A stretch of 64,000 nucleotides of DNA from Octopus sinensis (taxonomy: Eukaryota), in assembly GCF_006345805.1 (NCBI RefSeq), contig NC_043000.1:19468001-19532000 (forward strand), in the 5' to 3' direction. Made by a program: the position numbers and the translations under genes. Positions within the stretch are counted from its first letter, which is position 1; the number at the start of each line of letters is the position of its first letter. The notes beneath the pieces are model-generated. The model saw nothing but the letters and a program-made list of their open reading frames with translations, did not search any database and was not told the DNA's origin. Shown here in pieces: positions 13,271 to 26,328 of this stretch.

Positions 13271-14012
13271 ATAAGAAAATGGAGGGGATCAATAGATGGT
13301 TCATCAACTTTTAGATATTATATTATGTTAACTTATATATTTATTTACTAAACTGACAAATACAATAATATACATACATGTATAACATATTATGCTTTAC
13401 ATATAAGATATAAAATATATTAATAAATAAGGATACCAGTAATTATTACAAAATAACATACATATATATATAATGTATCTGTGTCTGTGTGTATATCTGT
13501 GTATGTGCGTTTCAGTCTCTGTGTGTAAATATGTATACACACGCGAACAAACACACACACACACACAAACAAACAAAATGTATTTGAAATATATATTTCA
13601 ATATTGCATAGTGGTATACCTTTCAACTTCATTGTTGAGTTTTGCGATAAGCATCCTCCCTTTTGAATTTTTGATAGATTCAGAAACTATTTTTCGGATC
13701 CCTATATTCTAAACATTTAACATTAAATTTTTTCAAACAAAATTATAAATAAATAAAAATCAAAATCACAAATTCAACTCTTTCCATTTATTTCATCATT
13801 GTGTAACACTAGACTTAAACTGTATACCATAATCCAAAACCTAATCTCCAACCGTAACCTTATAGAGCTTTCTCTGATTGCATGATTATAATCTCCTAAT
13901 TATTTCATCAAAATATGAAGAAGAAAATGTGTGAAGAGGAGAAAAAGAATTAGCAAGATACTGCGGTTTTCTTATAAAAGGAAGAAAAACAAACAATCTC
14001 TTATCAACGTGC

Positions 14013-14424
14013 AGGCGCAGGAGTGGCTGTGTGGTAAGTAGCTTGCTTACCAACCACAGGGTTCAGTCCCACTGCGTGGCATCTTGGGCAAGTGTCTTCT
14101 GCTATAGCCCCGGGCCGACCAATGCCTTGTGAGTGGATTTGGTAGACGGAAACTGAAAGAAGCCTGTCATATATATGTATATATATATATAAGTGTGTGT
14201 GTATATGTTTGTGTGTATGTGTTTGTCCCCCTAGCATTGCTTGACAACCGATGCTGGTGTGTTTACGTCCCCGTCACTTAGCGGTTCGGCAAAAGAGACC
14301 GATAAAATAAGTACTGGGCTTACAAAGAATAAGTCCCGGGTCGATTTGCTCGACTAAAGGCGGTGCTCCAGCATGGCCGCAGTGAAATGACTGAAACAAG
14401 TAAAAGAGAGTAAAGAGTAAAGAG
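14013..14424 (+). mobile_element. SINE family B
   Basis: Full head to AAAGAGT-type tail. Confidence 0.92.
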
Positions 14425-14690
14425 TGCTGTGTTAAAAATATAAGATATATATATCGCAAACGACCGAAAAATCCACCCAGTATGAGCTAGCCATATGCCT
14501 ACATGAAAGTTTTCTACTTCTGTATATAGAAAACAGTGAATAATGCCTTTACTGATAGTGAACAGCCGAGCTGAATAAAATCTCAGTGTACGCAACTGAA
14601 GCAGTTAAAAATCAAAATTACCCGTGAGTCTTTAAGAGATTTTTATGGAACGAAAACAACAGTATTTTTTATACATCTCTTGTGTATATG

Positions 14691-15074
14691 TGGAAGCACT
14701 TTGTCGGTTACGACGACGAGGGTTCCGGTTGATCCGAATCAACGGAAAAGCCTGCTCGTGAAATTAACGTGTAAGTGACTGAGCACTCCACAGACACGTG
14801 TACCCTTAACGTAGTTCTCGGGGATATTCAGCGTGACACAGAGAGTGACAAGGCCGGCCCTTTGAAATACAGGTACAACAGAAACAGGAAGTAAGAGTGA
14901 GAGAAAGTTGTGGTGAAAGAGTACAGCTGGGATCACCACCATCCCCTGCCGGAGCCTCGTGGAGCTTTAGGTGTTTTCGCTCAATAAACACTCACAACGC
15001 CCGGTCTGGGAATCGAAACCGCGATCCTATGACCACGAGTCCGCTGCCCTAACCACTGGGCCATTGCGCCTCCA
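14691..15074 (-). mobile_element. SINE family A, full length
   Basis: TSD CTCTTGTGTATAT at 14677-14689 and 15075-15087. Confidence 0.95.
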
Positions 15075-15532
15075 CTCTTGTGTATATACATCTGTTGTGA
15101 CACAAGAATCTATTTTAGAAGTCAGTATTACTGCAATCATCACTAAAGAAGTTGGGACATTCAAATATTTATTCTTAAGGACACCGTTTATAATGACAAC
15201 CCGTTCCCCTCATAACACAAAATATATTTCATTAAAAAATTCATTTGTTCTTAACATTTTAAATATATACTTGTTTCTAAGATATTCTACATTAATTATG
15301 CTTACGATCAATTTGACTTTCGAACAGTTTGTCTTTTAGCGAATATATTTCGACAAATTTTTTCAGCGAATGTGTCTTTGATGAAAGAGCGGTATCTCAG
15401 GAAAATTTGTAAGATACGTTGGCAATTGGAAATAGTTGAATAAATACTGGTAGAAATGTTTGCTGGAATTCACTAATTCAGACCTTTAATTCAAAATAAC
15501 GAAAATCAGAAATACATGTGCGTGAGCGTATG

Positions 15533-15589
<57 letters not shown>

Positions 15590-15594
<5 letters not shown>

Positions 15595-15751
15595 GGTCCC
15601 GGGTTGAGTCGGGGTTAACCACAGTAAATAAGGTACTCAATACATAGCAGAATAAATTAATTTATTTTATAGAAGGAGCTTCTACAGGACTAGAACTGTT
15701 TCATTCAAATGAAATAAATATAGTCCTGTAGAAGCTCCTTCTATAAAATAA

Positions 15752-15752
<1 letters not shown>
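15590..15752 (-). mobile_element. PLE 3' end with fold-back inversion (same family as 43600-43750)
   Basis: 32-bp perfect inverted repeat 15661-15692 / 15721-15752; retains hammerhead stem III and part of stem II but not the CUGA core. Confidence 0.75.
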
Positions 15753-15782
<30 letters not shown>

Positions 15783-15915
15783 GTGTGTGTGTGTGTGTGT
15801 ATGTATGTACATACATACATACATACATACATACATACATACATACATACATACATACATACATACATACGTACATATATGTAATATAATATGGGACAAT
15901 TATTCGGTTGCCATA

Positions 15916-15975
15916 ATAAAACTCCGAGTTTCGGAAGTCGGGGCGGAGAACCTGCACCGGCATCTCTTCAGTTAT
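15916..15975 (-). ncRNA. Type I hammerhead ribozyme motif (CUGAAGA, GUU site), stem II degenerate
   Basis: ATAA CTGAAGA [32 nt] GAA ACTC G GAGT T TTAT; lies 3' of the GIY-YIG fragment on the same strand. Confidence 0.6.
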
Positions 15976-16759
15976 CGAGGCAATTAAAATATGCTATAAA
16001 AATGACCGTTAAACAAAGGGAAATTACTATGTAAATGACCGTTGTTAAGACAAAAGAGCTATTAGAATGACCGTTAAATAAGGGAAAACAAAACCGAAGG
16101 GGAGGAAGTAAAAAGTAAAGGAGTAAGAAAGTTCATAGCGATCGTGTGTGCGCGCATTTACATACATACACATGCGCGCACGGACACGCACGTACATGTA
16201 CTTATATGCATATGTTCGCTCAGACTCGCATGAAACACACGCATACACACACACATATGCCAAATAGATGCACATATATATGCAAATATGCATGTACACG
16301 TATACAAATCCACACACACATGCACACACACACACGCACACACGTGCACGTACCATACGCGCACAGTTATATCCAAATGCACGTCTAAAACACATACATG
16401 CTATATATGCATATGGTCACTTACTCTCGTGTGGACTCCCACGTACATATGCAACCATACACATGTGCATATACATGTACATATATATATACCCGCGCAC
16501 ACACACACGCGCAAAAATTTCATATACATGTCTATATATGCACATGCACAAGAAAAATGCAGGATGAAAGGTAAAATACAGGAAAGGTGTAAAAATATAT
16601 AAAGCAATAAAAACATAAAAATATATTTCTATAAGTAGGTAAAAAAATATATGTAAAAAATATATAAGAATTATATTTAAAAAGTATAGAGAGATAAAAA
16701 GCTTGTACGCGAGCACAATATAAAAAGCAAGTTCTATCTGTAATCTTTGGGGGGGGGGA

Positions 16760-17095
16760 CCAAAAACTTAACAAATATTTAGCCACGTATGGACATGAAC
16801 CAAAAAGTTCAGTTCTTGAATTTAGACATGTAGCGGGGTCTAAGCTGCTTTTCAACATGAGCCATCTTTCCATATCACAAAGACCGCACTTAGCACTGCC
16901 GTTGGTGTAAGGTTTACACTTGGCTAAGATCTTCCAATGGATGTTGTCACTGACACCTTTATCTTTTAAGGACCATATGTGACTGGATAATTTGGTTGTT
17001 TTCCTTTTATTCCAGTGCCTGAAGCTCAAGGTATAATTATTGAACCTGGCCTTGAAATTCCCTTCTGCAAGGCTCACATATTTCTTTGTCGAAAC
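16760..17095 (-). pseudogene. PLE GIY-YIG endonuclease C-terminal fragment (Naiad-like)
   Basis: KYVSLAEGNFKARFNNYTLSFRH..TTKLSSHIWSLK..IHWKILAKCKPY..KCGLCDME..LNSRTEL. Confidence 0.85.
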
Positions 17096-17378
17096 TGTGC
17101 CCTGGACACCAATACACTCACATAGACATGTATGTGTACGTCTAAACAGAGGCGCATGCATGTGTGTCTATATATAAATAAATATGTACACACACATACG
17201 CATGCAGACACACACACACACATAGAAGCATGGAAAAATACGTCATTCAATGAACACTTCTTCAGAGGGAAATTTGAAGTAATGGAAAAGCAGTCAACTA
17301 TAACAAATATACATACATTTGTTTGTCTGTTTGTGTGTGTGTTTCTGTGTGTGTGTGTGTGTGGTGTGTGTGTGTGTG

Positions 17379-17410
<32 letters not shown>

Positions 17411-17815
17411 GCGGGTAAATATTTTTTGTAAACATTTACATATGTTCTGCTTAGCTTAATTTTATGTCAAAATATTAAGAACCAACGACTTATATTTAGA
17501 TGTTTAAAACAAATCGTCTGCTAAAAAAATTAAATGCTTCGCTGGATTCTTCAAAGGTCAATTTCGATTGTTGTAGATTTTTTTAAATAGTAATCCCCTA
17601 CTTATTAAGCTCTACTACGGTTATAAGACAAAAAAAAAACTATATCTATCTGTGTCACAATATTCACGCTCTTTGTCTTCTTAGGCGGCACTGCAAAAAG
17701 AAAATTCTGTGTGTGTGTGTGATGGTTTGTTTTTCGTTTTATAGTTGTTAGCTCCAGAGGAAAAGTAGCATTGGCGTGATTAAATCTCAGAATATATATA
17801 AAAAATCTGCTGTAG

Positions 17816-17932
17816 GTCACAGAGTTGAAGGGGAACCTAATGAAAAACAGCAGTGGGAAGTCTACTCCGGATGTCATCAGTTTAGAAAATAATGATTTCT
17901 ATAAAAGACTGGAGGGAAAAAAACCTGTGATA
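17816..17932 (+). CDS. Candidate internal coding exon, 39 codons (VTELKGNLMKNSSGKSTPDVISLENNDFYKRLEGKKPVI); possibly thioredoxin/PDI-like strand-helix start
   Basis: TAG acceptor and GTGAGT donor, 117 nt in phase 0-0, non-repetitive; weak pyrimidine tract; similarity to PDI DVIELTD.NF....KPVLV is from memory only. Confidence 0.3.
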
Positions 17933-19555
17933 GTGAGTTGTGTGTACATGTGCGATGTTTGGATGATGATGATGATGATGATGATGACGATGGGATAGCG
18001 GTTGAATTTTGCACTAAAAAGGAGGGAGGTATCTTTCTGTGAAGTATTTCACTAAGTTGAACTACGAGTCACCAACTTTGATATTGTTTCTCATTTATTT
18101 ATTTTTCTTTCTCCCCATATTTACTTTTCTTCTCAACATAAATATCATATTTCATTTTTTTCCCCTACCCTTTTAATTCATTTTTCGCTTTTTTTTTTTT
18201 GTTATTCATTGATAACTGTGAGATTCTGGGAGACAGTTTAAGTTTAGAATATTTCCTTTTTAATTGTCTAATTTAATATATCAGTATTTAGATAGGATCT
18301 AAAGCGGTGAGCTGGTAGAATCGTTAGCACGGTCAAAATGCTTAGAGGTATTTCGCCCATCTTCACATCTTAGTTCAAATTCTACCTGGTCAATTTTCCC
18401 TTTTTATCCTTTCTGGGTCGATAAAATATGTATCAGTTGGGCACTGGGATCGATGTTATCGACTAAATCCCTTCCCCAAAATTACTAGCGTTGTTCCACT
18501 ATCTTCGTATGTCTTTTTTTTAGTTTATCATTTTTTTTGTTTTGTTTTATTATTTTTCTTAATTAAATGTCCCTGTGATACCTGTTTATTTATTTATTTA
18601 TTGAGAACCCTTGTTGTAAAACATATTAGGGAATTATGAATGAACTTACTGCTGGTATTTTCTAGAATGATGTTAAAGAGTACCAACACTAATAGGAGAC
18701 ATGGGGCATATTTATCATTTTTTGTCTGCTTTATTCTTGTGTTTAATATCCTCTCAAATTTTGGCACATGGCCAGCAATTTTAGAGGAGTGGTGTTAGAC
18801 AATCACATCGACCGAGTGTTCAACCGGTACTTATTTTATCGACCTTGAAAGGATGAAAGTCGACCTCGGCAAAATGATATTTATGTCTGACAATCAAATC
18901 ATTAAATATAAAATATAAATCTTTGAGAATAAAACAGTTCTCTCTCTCTCTCTTTTCTCTCTCTCTCTCTCTCCCTCTTTCTCTCTCGCTCATCCTTCTC
19001 TTTAGTATCAATTTCAGTGGAAGTGCCAAGATTAGTAGCGAATCGGTAGATTTTTTTTTTAATCTTTTTTTTTTTCTCTCTCTCTCTCTCTTTTTATGCC
19101 ATCTGGTGTGAGTATATTTGGAAAAATAAGAAATCCCATGATTTCAACTTTGAAAAAATTTAATCAACCATGCTAACATATTTTCTGTCTGATTTCACAA
19201 TGTCTTTCAGCGAACATAACTAACCTTGCTCTCACATTTCTGCACACTTCGTCACATACGGTTTCTTAACAGATCTCACCGAATGCATAGCTAATGTGTT
19301 TACGGACCTGTTAGGTTTGTATTTTTGGTTGATACTCTAATGTCGCGTACTGCATTATCTGCATGCGGTAGTTGCAATGAGTGAATAAAAGAAATAATAT
19401 ATATGATATTCGATGTAAGAAAAAAAAATGTGAATTGATTCAAGGTGTATAAATTAATCTCGAATATTTTTCAAACTATGCGAAAATTGTCACAGCCGTG
19501 TTAAAGGTATATACATATATAGTTTAGTGGAACAAAACATGATCAGTGATTTAGT

Positions 19556-19760
19556 ATTATTACTTCCACCTTAGCGAAGGCGGAGATATTGTATTCAGTT
19601 GTGTTTGTTTGTTTGTCCGTGGACAAGATATCTCAAGAACCGCTGGATGGATTCAAATGAAACTTTCAGGGATGTTTGGCCTTGTGACTGGAACGGTCTC
19701 ATCAGATTTTGGGATCGATTGAGTACCGGACAAGGATTCTGGATAATTTTTGCCCATTTT
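19556..19760 (+). mobile_element. Helentron-associated (DINE-1/HINE-like) element, 5' part
   Basis: TTATTACTTCCACCTTAGCGAAGGCGGAG hairpin, then (TTTG)n and GGATGGATTCAAATGAAACTT core-like sequence. Confidence 0.55.
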
Positions 19761-20139
19761 CTTTTTACTTTACATGTATATGTAAAGTTTCACATAGTTC
19801 TCTTGAACACGCAAATACATATACTCACACAGTTTCAGCTTTGAACATTACCATTCCATTTCCATTGTACACACACACAACACACACACACACACATACA
19901 TACACACACGCACGCACGCACACAAACACACCTCTCTTTCACACACACATATACTCACACTTCAAACGCTGTTTATCGGCTTTTTCACTCCCCCCTTCGT
20001 TATTCATCTGTACCCCTTCCTTTCTCATTCATGCGACGCCCTCTTTGTCTTTTATCTCCGGCTCTCTTGTATATATATATATATATATATAATATATATA
20101 TATTATATATATATATATAATATATATATATGTATTATA

Positions 20140-20186
<47 letters not shown>

Positions 20187-20248
20187 AGTATATATATATA
20201 TATATATATTATATAATATATATATATGTGTGTGTGTGGTGTGTGTGT

Positions 20249-20478
20249 GGAGGCGCAATGGCCCAGTGGTTAGGGCAGCGAACTCGCGGTCATAGGATCG
20301 CGGTTTCGATTCCCAGACCGGGCGTTGTGAGTGTTTATTGAGCGAAAACACCTAAAGCTCCACGGGTACACGTGTCTGTGGAGTGCTCAGCCACTTACAC
20401 GTTAATTTCACGAGCAGGCTGTTCCGTTGATTCGGATCAACCGGAACCCTCGTCGTCGTAACCGACGGAGTGCTTCCA
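20249..20478 (+). mobile_element. SINE family A with internal deletion
   Basis: Junction AGCTCCACG|GGTACACGTG removes about 150 nt. Confidence 0.9.
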
Positions 20479-20768
20479 TTTAGTGTAAATATTTTCGTCG
20501 CACAAACTGTAAGTTGGTCAGTGACACAATTCCACTGCAACTCTGTATATCATTGATTAAAACAAAATTGTTTATTCTATCCTGTACGAATATATGAGCA
20601 CGGTTACAAAAAGAATTTCGTTTATAGAGAAAAAATACTATTTACCGATAAGAAATTAGCTCAGAAGATAAGATAAGTGATGTACAAAACGCTTGTATGA
20701 ATTTCAGAACTGATTTTCGTAATAAAATGAAATTAGGAAGAGCAACTGAAATTCTTCGACATAAAATT

Positions 20769-21084
20769 GGACACGGTTACGACGACGAGGGTTCCGGTTG
20801 ATCCGAATCAACGGAACAGCCTGCTCGTGAAATTAACGTGTAAGTGGCTGAGCACTCCACAGACACGTGTACCCTTAACGTAGTTCTCGGGGATATTCAG
20901 CGTGACACAGAGAGTGACAAGGCCAGCCTTTTGAAATACAGGTACAACAGAAACAGGAAGTAAGAGTGAGAGAAAGTTGTGGTGAAAGAGTACAGCAGGG
21001 ATCAGTACCATCCCCTGCCGGAGGCTCGTGGAGGCTCTATGACCGCGAGTCCGCTGCCCTAACCACTGGGCCATTGCGCCTCCA
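20769..21084 (-). mobile_element. SINE family A with internal deletions
   Basis: TSD CGACATAAAATT at 20757-20768 and 21086-21097. Confidence 0.92.
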
Positions 21085-21417
21085 CCGACATAAAATTACA
21101 ATGAAATGAATCTGAAGGAATATCGTAACATCTCGACGAAAGACTCCGCCTCACACTCAGAGAAACTCATGAATAATATGAAATGAAAGTATGATTCTCG
21201 GAAAGGAAGTATCAGAGTAAATTTTAGTTAAGAAACACACTCCTCTTCATACAAACAAACTTCATTCACTAAGGTTATCTATGAAAATCATTGTTGAAGA
21301 TCACGGTAAGATAGCCTGACACAACGTTGTTTTTGTAATATAGTTTTACTAGATTTGTATAAGGAACCAGTATTTCTAAACTAAAAATGCACAAGGACAC
21401 TGGCACATATTATAATA

Positions 21418-21557
21418 TTAGGTTGTCCCAAAAGTTCGTAAACACTTGCGAAAATTGAATTTTTACTCGCCAAGTACTAATAAAAACAACAAAATTATTC
21501 CTCAAAATAAAGACCATTATTTTCCAAGACTTTCTACGAACTTTTGGGACAACCTTA
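21418..21557. mobile_element. Mariner-type MITE, 140 bp
   Basis: TIR TTAGGTTGTCCCAAAAGTTCGTA / TACGAACTTTTGGGACAACCTTA with TA on both sides. Confidence 0.88.
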
Positions 21558-21922
21558 TATTAGGTTATTTGCATTTACTATGCTGCAATTGCAGCCATCT
21601 ACAAGCCAGTACATTGCTCTGTCCACAATATTCATAAACTTAAATAAACACACATACACACACACACACAAGCAAATACACATACACACACACATATTCC
21701 ACGTAAAAGCGCCCGTGTGGTGCCTCGTAAAAGCACCCAGCAAATTCTTTAAAGCGATTGGCGTCATGAAGGACATCCAGCCATAGAGACTATGCCAGAT
21801 CAGATTGGAATCTTGTGCATCTCCTCCCCACCAGCTTGCCAGCTCTGGTCACACCTTCCAACCCATGCCAGCATAAATAATATAAAATATATACAAGTCA
21901 TTTAAGATACAATCTTTTTAAT

Positions 21923-22304
21923 GCGGCGAACTGGTAGAAACGTTAGCACGCCGGGCGAAATGCTTAGCGCTATTTCGCCAGCCGTTACGTTCTGATTCCG
22001 CCGAGGTCGACTTTGCCTTTCATCCTTTCGGGGTCGATAAATTAAGTACCAGTGACGCACTGGGGTCGATATAATCGACTTAATCCGTTTCTCTGCCTTT
22101 GTTTGTCCTCTCTGTGTTTAGCCCCTTGTGAGTAGTAAAGAAATAGGTATTTACGTTCTGAGTTCAAATTCCGCCGAGGTCGACTTTGCATTTCATCCTT
22201 CGGGGTCGATAAATTAAGTACCAGTTGCGTACTTGGTTCGATCTAATCGACTGGACCCCCTCCCCAAAACAATCTCAGGCCTTGTGTCTACAGTAGAAAA
22301 GAAT
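21923..22304 (+). mobile_element. SINE C dimer: headed tail-1 unit plus headless tail-2 unit
   Basis: Junction AAAGAAATAGGTATTT-ACGTTCTGAG. Confidence 0.88.
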
Positions 22305-22588
22305 ATACAATGTCTCAAAATAAAAGCTACTAATAATTTCTTAGCATTGAGGCACGTGGTTAACCAGATTATTGTAATGTGCATTGCGTCTCCAAGCAAT
22401 GTTCAAGGTCCGTACTTTGAGATACGAGAAACGTTATAAAAATTTGCCTAACCACATGACACATTGGCAAGAAACTATTAGATCACATTTTAATACAGCG
22501 TCGTACATTAATATGAATCTCTCACAGGATGGAACACTTTTATGGTGATCCTACTTCAACAGAACAAACCGGCACGCACGCACGCACC

Positions 22589-22630
<42 letters not shown>

Positions 22631-22749
22631 TATATATATATAAGTAAATAATGGAGTTGAATGCTATCCATTTATATATATATATATATATATACATGGA
22701 AGAAAAAGTCAAGATAGAAAATGCTAAAATAATTTTATAAAAAACATTT

Positions 22750-22785
22750 CAGTACCGGTTTCAGTCATTGAGACTTTTTCAACTG
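22750..22785 (-). ncRNA. Minimal type I hammerhead, U3-A8 core variant
   Basis: CAG TTGAAAA AGTC tcaat GACT GAA ACCGGT A CTG. Confidence 0.65.
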
Positions 22786-23042
22786 TAACGATTAAATAAT
22801 TAAATTTAGAAAAATTAAAAGAAATGTTTTTAAAAGAATATTTGTATAGCGTTCAAATACAAGGGGCATTTTCCTTGTTTCTGCCTGTCTCTGTTTCTCT
22901 TGTTTACTCTTGTGGGTTCGAGGTCGTTGTGAATTCTTGGTAGGGAAGAAGAAGAAAAAGAAGATATATACACATACAGGAGTAAACACATAAATGTGAA
23001 ACGAGGTGGAAAAAAGAGTACTCAAATACCAGAGGTAGAGTA

Positions 23043-23194
23043 ATATGCTTTATTTAAAAGCAGCAAAAATATCACAAAAGCTGTTACTCAGAGTTTCACG
23101 TTCCCGTTCGTCGGACAAAAAACTGTCCGACGATCGGAAACGTGAAACTCTGAGTAACAGTTTTGTTATATTTCTGCTGCTTTTAAATAAAGTA

Positions 23195-23197
<3 letters not shown>
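23043..23197. repeat. About 75-bp-arm inverted repeat carrying two divergent hammerhead motifs (CCGACGA core)
   Basis: Plus strand 23123-23160 CTGT CCGACGA TCG GAAA CGT GAA ACTC T GAGT A ACAG; mirror copy on the minus strand at 23081-23117. Confidence 0.85.
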
Positions 23198-23232
<35 letters not shown>

Positions 23233-24397
23233 CACACATATGCATACACAATTACATATGCGTGCACATACGTATGCATAAAATTACGCATACATATATG
23301 TACATATCTATCTGTTTCCCCATGTATGTGTGCATGAAAGCGCATGGCTTAGTGATTAGAGTGTTTGGCTAATCATAAGTTCTTGGATTCGTTTCTTGGA
23401 TCAGGTGCCGCGTTTTATCCTTGAGCAGGATTCTTCATTTCAGCGTTACTCAAATCTAATCAGGCAAAAAGGAGTACCAGCCTTGTGCTGGTGACTGCAT
23501 CTCTTCCTCCGTCCGTCATATTCCTCTATTTCCCGCTGGGTCAGTAATGGGAGAACCTGGGGTATACATGTATCTACTCGCAACTACACAGACAACTAAA
23601 ACGATTAGCAAAAAGTACTGTACATGCTACTCTTTTAAATTCATTTGCGAACGGTGGCTGAAGTCAGTGCGATGAGGTGTTGGAAAATTCCTGATTTTAA
23701 GGATATTGTGAATAGCCAGGCTGGAGGCCTAACCTTCCGAGTTTTTTTTACAGCTCCTAGAAAAACTGAAATAAGTGTGTGACTCTGAGAGGAGAATTGT
23801 ATGTGTAAAACCATACTTAACTGATCCTCTTTTTGTAACACCCCCTCGCATTGTTGTTGTTTTGCATTAGTCGACAAATGTTGCCCTCTAAAACAGTAGT
23901 TTCCTGTACCCATAACCAACGATCAAGTCTCTCCCTAGCGATTTTCCATTCGGCGGTTTTGCATCAACCATCAACGAGGATCTGACGCTTGTTCTGACAA
24001 GTGATGTTATTTGAGGGGAGACAGTTGCACATTACAGTACGTACACTGTGACTCATTTAATCACATGTATGTATGTATGTACGAAAGTGTGTATGTATAC
24101 ATGTATCTGTCTGTGTTTGTATCTCGGAATGTAAATAATTTTGTATCTATGTGCGTACGTATGTAGCATACGTGCATCCATGTATGTGTAATGTGTATAT
24201 TATATATGTATATATATATATATATATCGTGACGTATATTTGCCATTTAAATATGGCTAACCCCTAAGGGTGGATGCTACTGTAGTTTGTAGCCCCAGGA
24301 GGACACCTCCTCCAGCTGGCTATAGACACACTTTCTGTGCCCTATCAGTATTTGCAAAAGGAAGCCATCATTCCCGTCTTCAACTTATGATACACAC

Positions 24398-24434
24398 GGA
24401 CTCGAGTTTCTGGGTACTGACCCGTCATCGGCTC
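24398..24434 (-). ncRNA. Hammerhead-like motif (CCGAUGA core, palindromic stem III ACTCGAGT, GUC site); stem I poorly formed
   Basis: CCGATGA C GGGT cagt ACCC A GAA ACTCGAGT C; its 3' extension ends in (TA)n near 24225. Confidence 0.55.
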
Positions 24435-24588
24435 TGAGATTTATTATTATATATATATATATTTATATAAATATATATGATGGATGGATGGATGGATGTA
24501 TGTATGCATATATATGTACACACATACATACATACATACATACATACATACATACATACATACATACATACATACATACATACATACA

Positions 24589-24619
<31 letters not shown>

Positions 24620-24964
24620 ATATATATAATAATATATATATATATATATATGGGAAAGAAAAGGAAACAAGGCCTAAATAAAAGGGAGAAAAAATATAGA
24701 GGGGGGGTGAGTTAAAAATCCAAACGCTATTTGTTAACAACATGTCAGTATAGCAATGATAAAAATGATAAAAGAATAGGAAACAATTTTGGTAAAACTC
24801 AGAAAAAAGAAAAAATAATAACAAACTATAAGACAAATTGCTAATTTCTTAAACATAAATCTGATATCGTTTGTAAACGGCGCTAGACATATTTCAAGGC
24901 CAACCTACCCTTTATATCCTATTCACATATTCACTCTGGAAGTCACACCACTCAAGTATTTTCT

Positions 24965-25495
24965 TCTACTCTAAGCACAAGACTCGAATTCTTTGGAGAG
25001 GAGGCCAGTCGATTAGATCGACACCAGTGCGTAACTGGTACTTATTTAATCGACCCCGAAAGGATGAAAATCAAAGTCGACCTCGGCGGAATTTGAGCTC
25101 AGAAAGTAAAGGCAGACGGAATATCTATTTCTTTACTACCCACAAGGGGCTAAACACAGAGAGAACAAACAAGGACAGACAAACAGATTAAGTCGATTAT
25201 ATCGACCCCAGTGCGTAACTGGTACTTATTTAATCGACCCCGAAAGGATGAAAGGTGAAGTCGACCTCGGCGGAATTTGAACTCAGAACGTAGCGGCTGA
25301 CGAAATACCTATTTCTTTACTACCCACAAGGGGCTAAACACAGAGAGGACAAACAAGGTCAGAGAAACGGATTAAGTCGATTATATCGAACCCAGTGCGT
25401 AACTGGTACTTATTTAATCGACCCCGAAAGGATGAAAGACGAAGTCGACCTCGGCGGAATTTGAACTCAGAACGTAGCGACCGGCGAAAATAATG
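24965..25495 (-). mobile_element. SINE C headless trimer (tail1-tail1-tail2)
   Basis: Three units of about 185 bp joined at AAAGAAATAG(G/A)TATT. Confidence 0.9.
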
Positions 25496-25499
25496 ATGA

Positions 25500-26040
25500 A
25501 AAAAAGGCATCGGAGGGGCGATACATACGCTGCGCGCAGATAAATTTTTTCGCAAATTGTAGTGTGGCTTACAATGCGTTGCTTACCCATGCTTATTAAT
25601 TGAACTGAATTAAGCTTTGTATTTGTTTGACTATACTTGCTTATCGGGGAGATTTTTAAGTTCGATTTTTGGAAAAAAAATTTTTAAGTATCACCATTAT
25701 AGGTATTTATACTCCGATGAGATAAAGAAATCAACTCCTGAATAAACGAAACCCTCGAATCCATCACTGTACGCGCGCGCGCACACAGACACATACACAT
25801 ACACGCACACACAAACACGCACACACACACACACAGAGTCGCATATCTATGTATTTATTTATATATGTTTGAAGATAATCAAACCAAATTTCATCATTTT
25901 GAGCCGCTCACCCAATGAGTATTTCTGCCAAATTTGGTGAAAATCTTTTCAGCCGTTTTCCAGTAATTTTGCAAACACACAGACAGACAGACAAAGATAA
26001 GTGATTACAATACCCTGCTTTCGCTTACACGCGCAGGGTG

Positions 26041-26045
<5 letters not shown>
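25500..26045 (-). mobile_element. DINE-1/HINE-like element
   Basis: Minus strand starts TTATCACCCTGCGCG..GCAGGGT hairpin, then (TCTG)n and AAAACGGCTGAAAAGATTTTCACCAAATTTGG. Confidence 0.5.
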
Positions 26046-26098
<53 letters not shown>

Positions 26099-26328
26099 CA
26101 ACATGTCTACTATAGGCACAAGGCTTGAAATTTCGGAGGAGGGAACTAGTCGATTACATCGACCCCAATACTCAACTGGTACTTGATTTATCAACCCCGA
26201 AAGGATGAAAGGCAAAGTCGACCGCGACGGAATTTAAACTCAGAACGTAAGCATTTCGCCCGGCATGCTAACGATTCTGCCAGCTCGCCGCCTTTATAAT
26301 AATGACAACAACAACAACAATAATAATA

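Noticed and set aside
21274-21305. 32-nt candidate exon (LSMKIIVEDH) with GTAAGA donor
   Set aside because: Weak acceptor and too short to distinguish from chance
23641-24050. GC-richer segment with a 92-aa minus-strand ORF
   Set aside because: Possibly a LINE relic, but no motif could be matched with confidence
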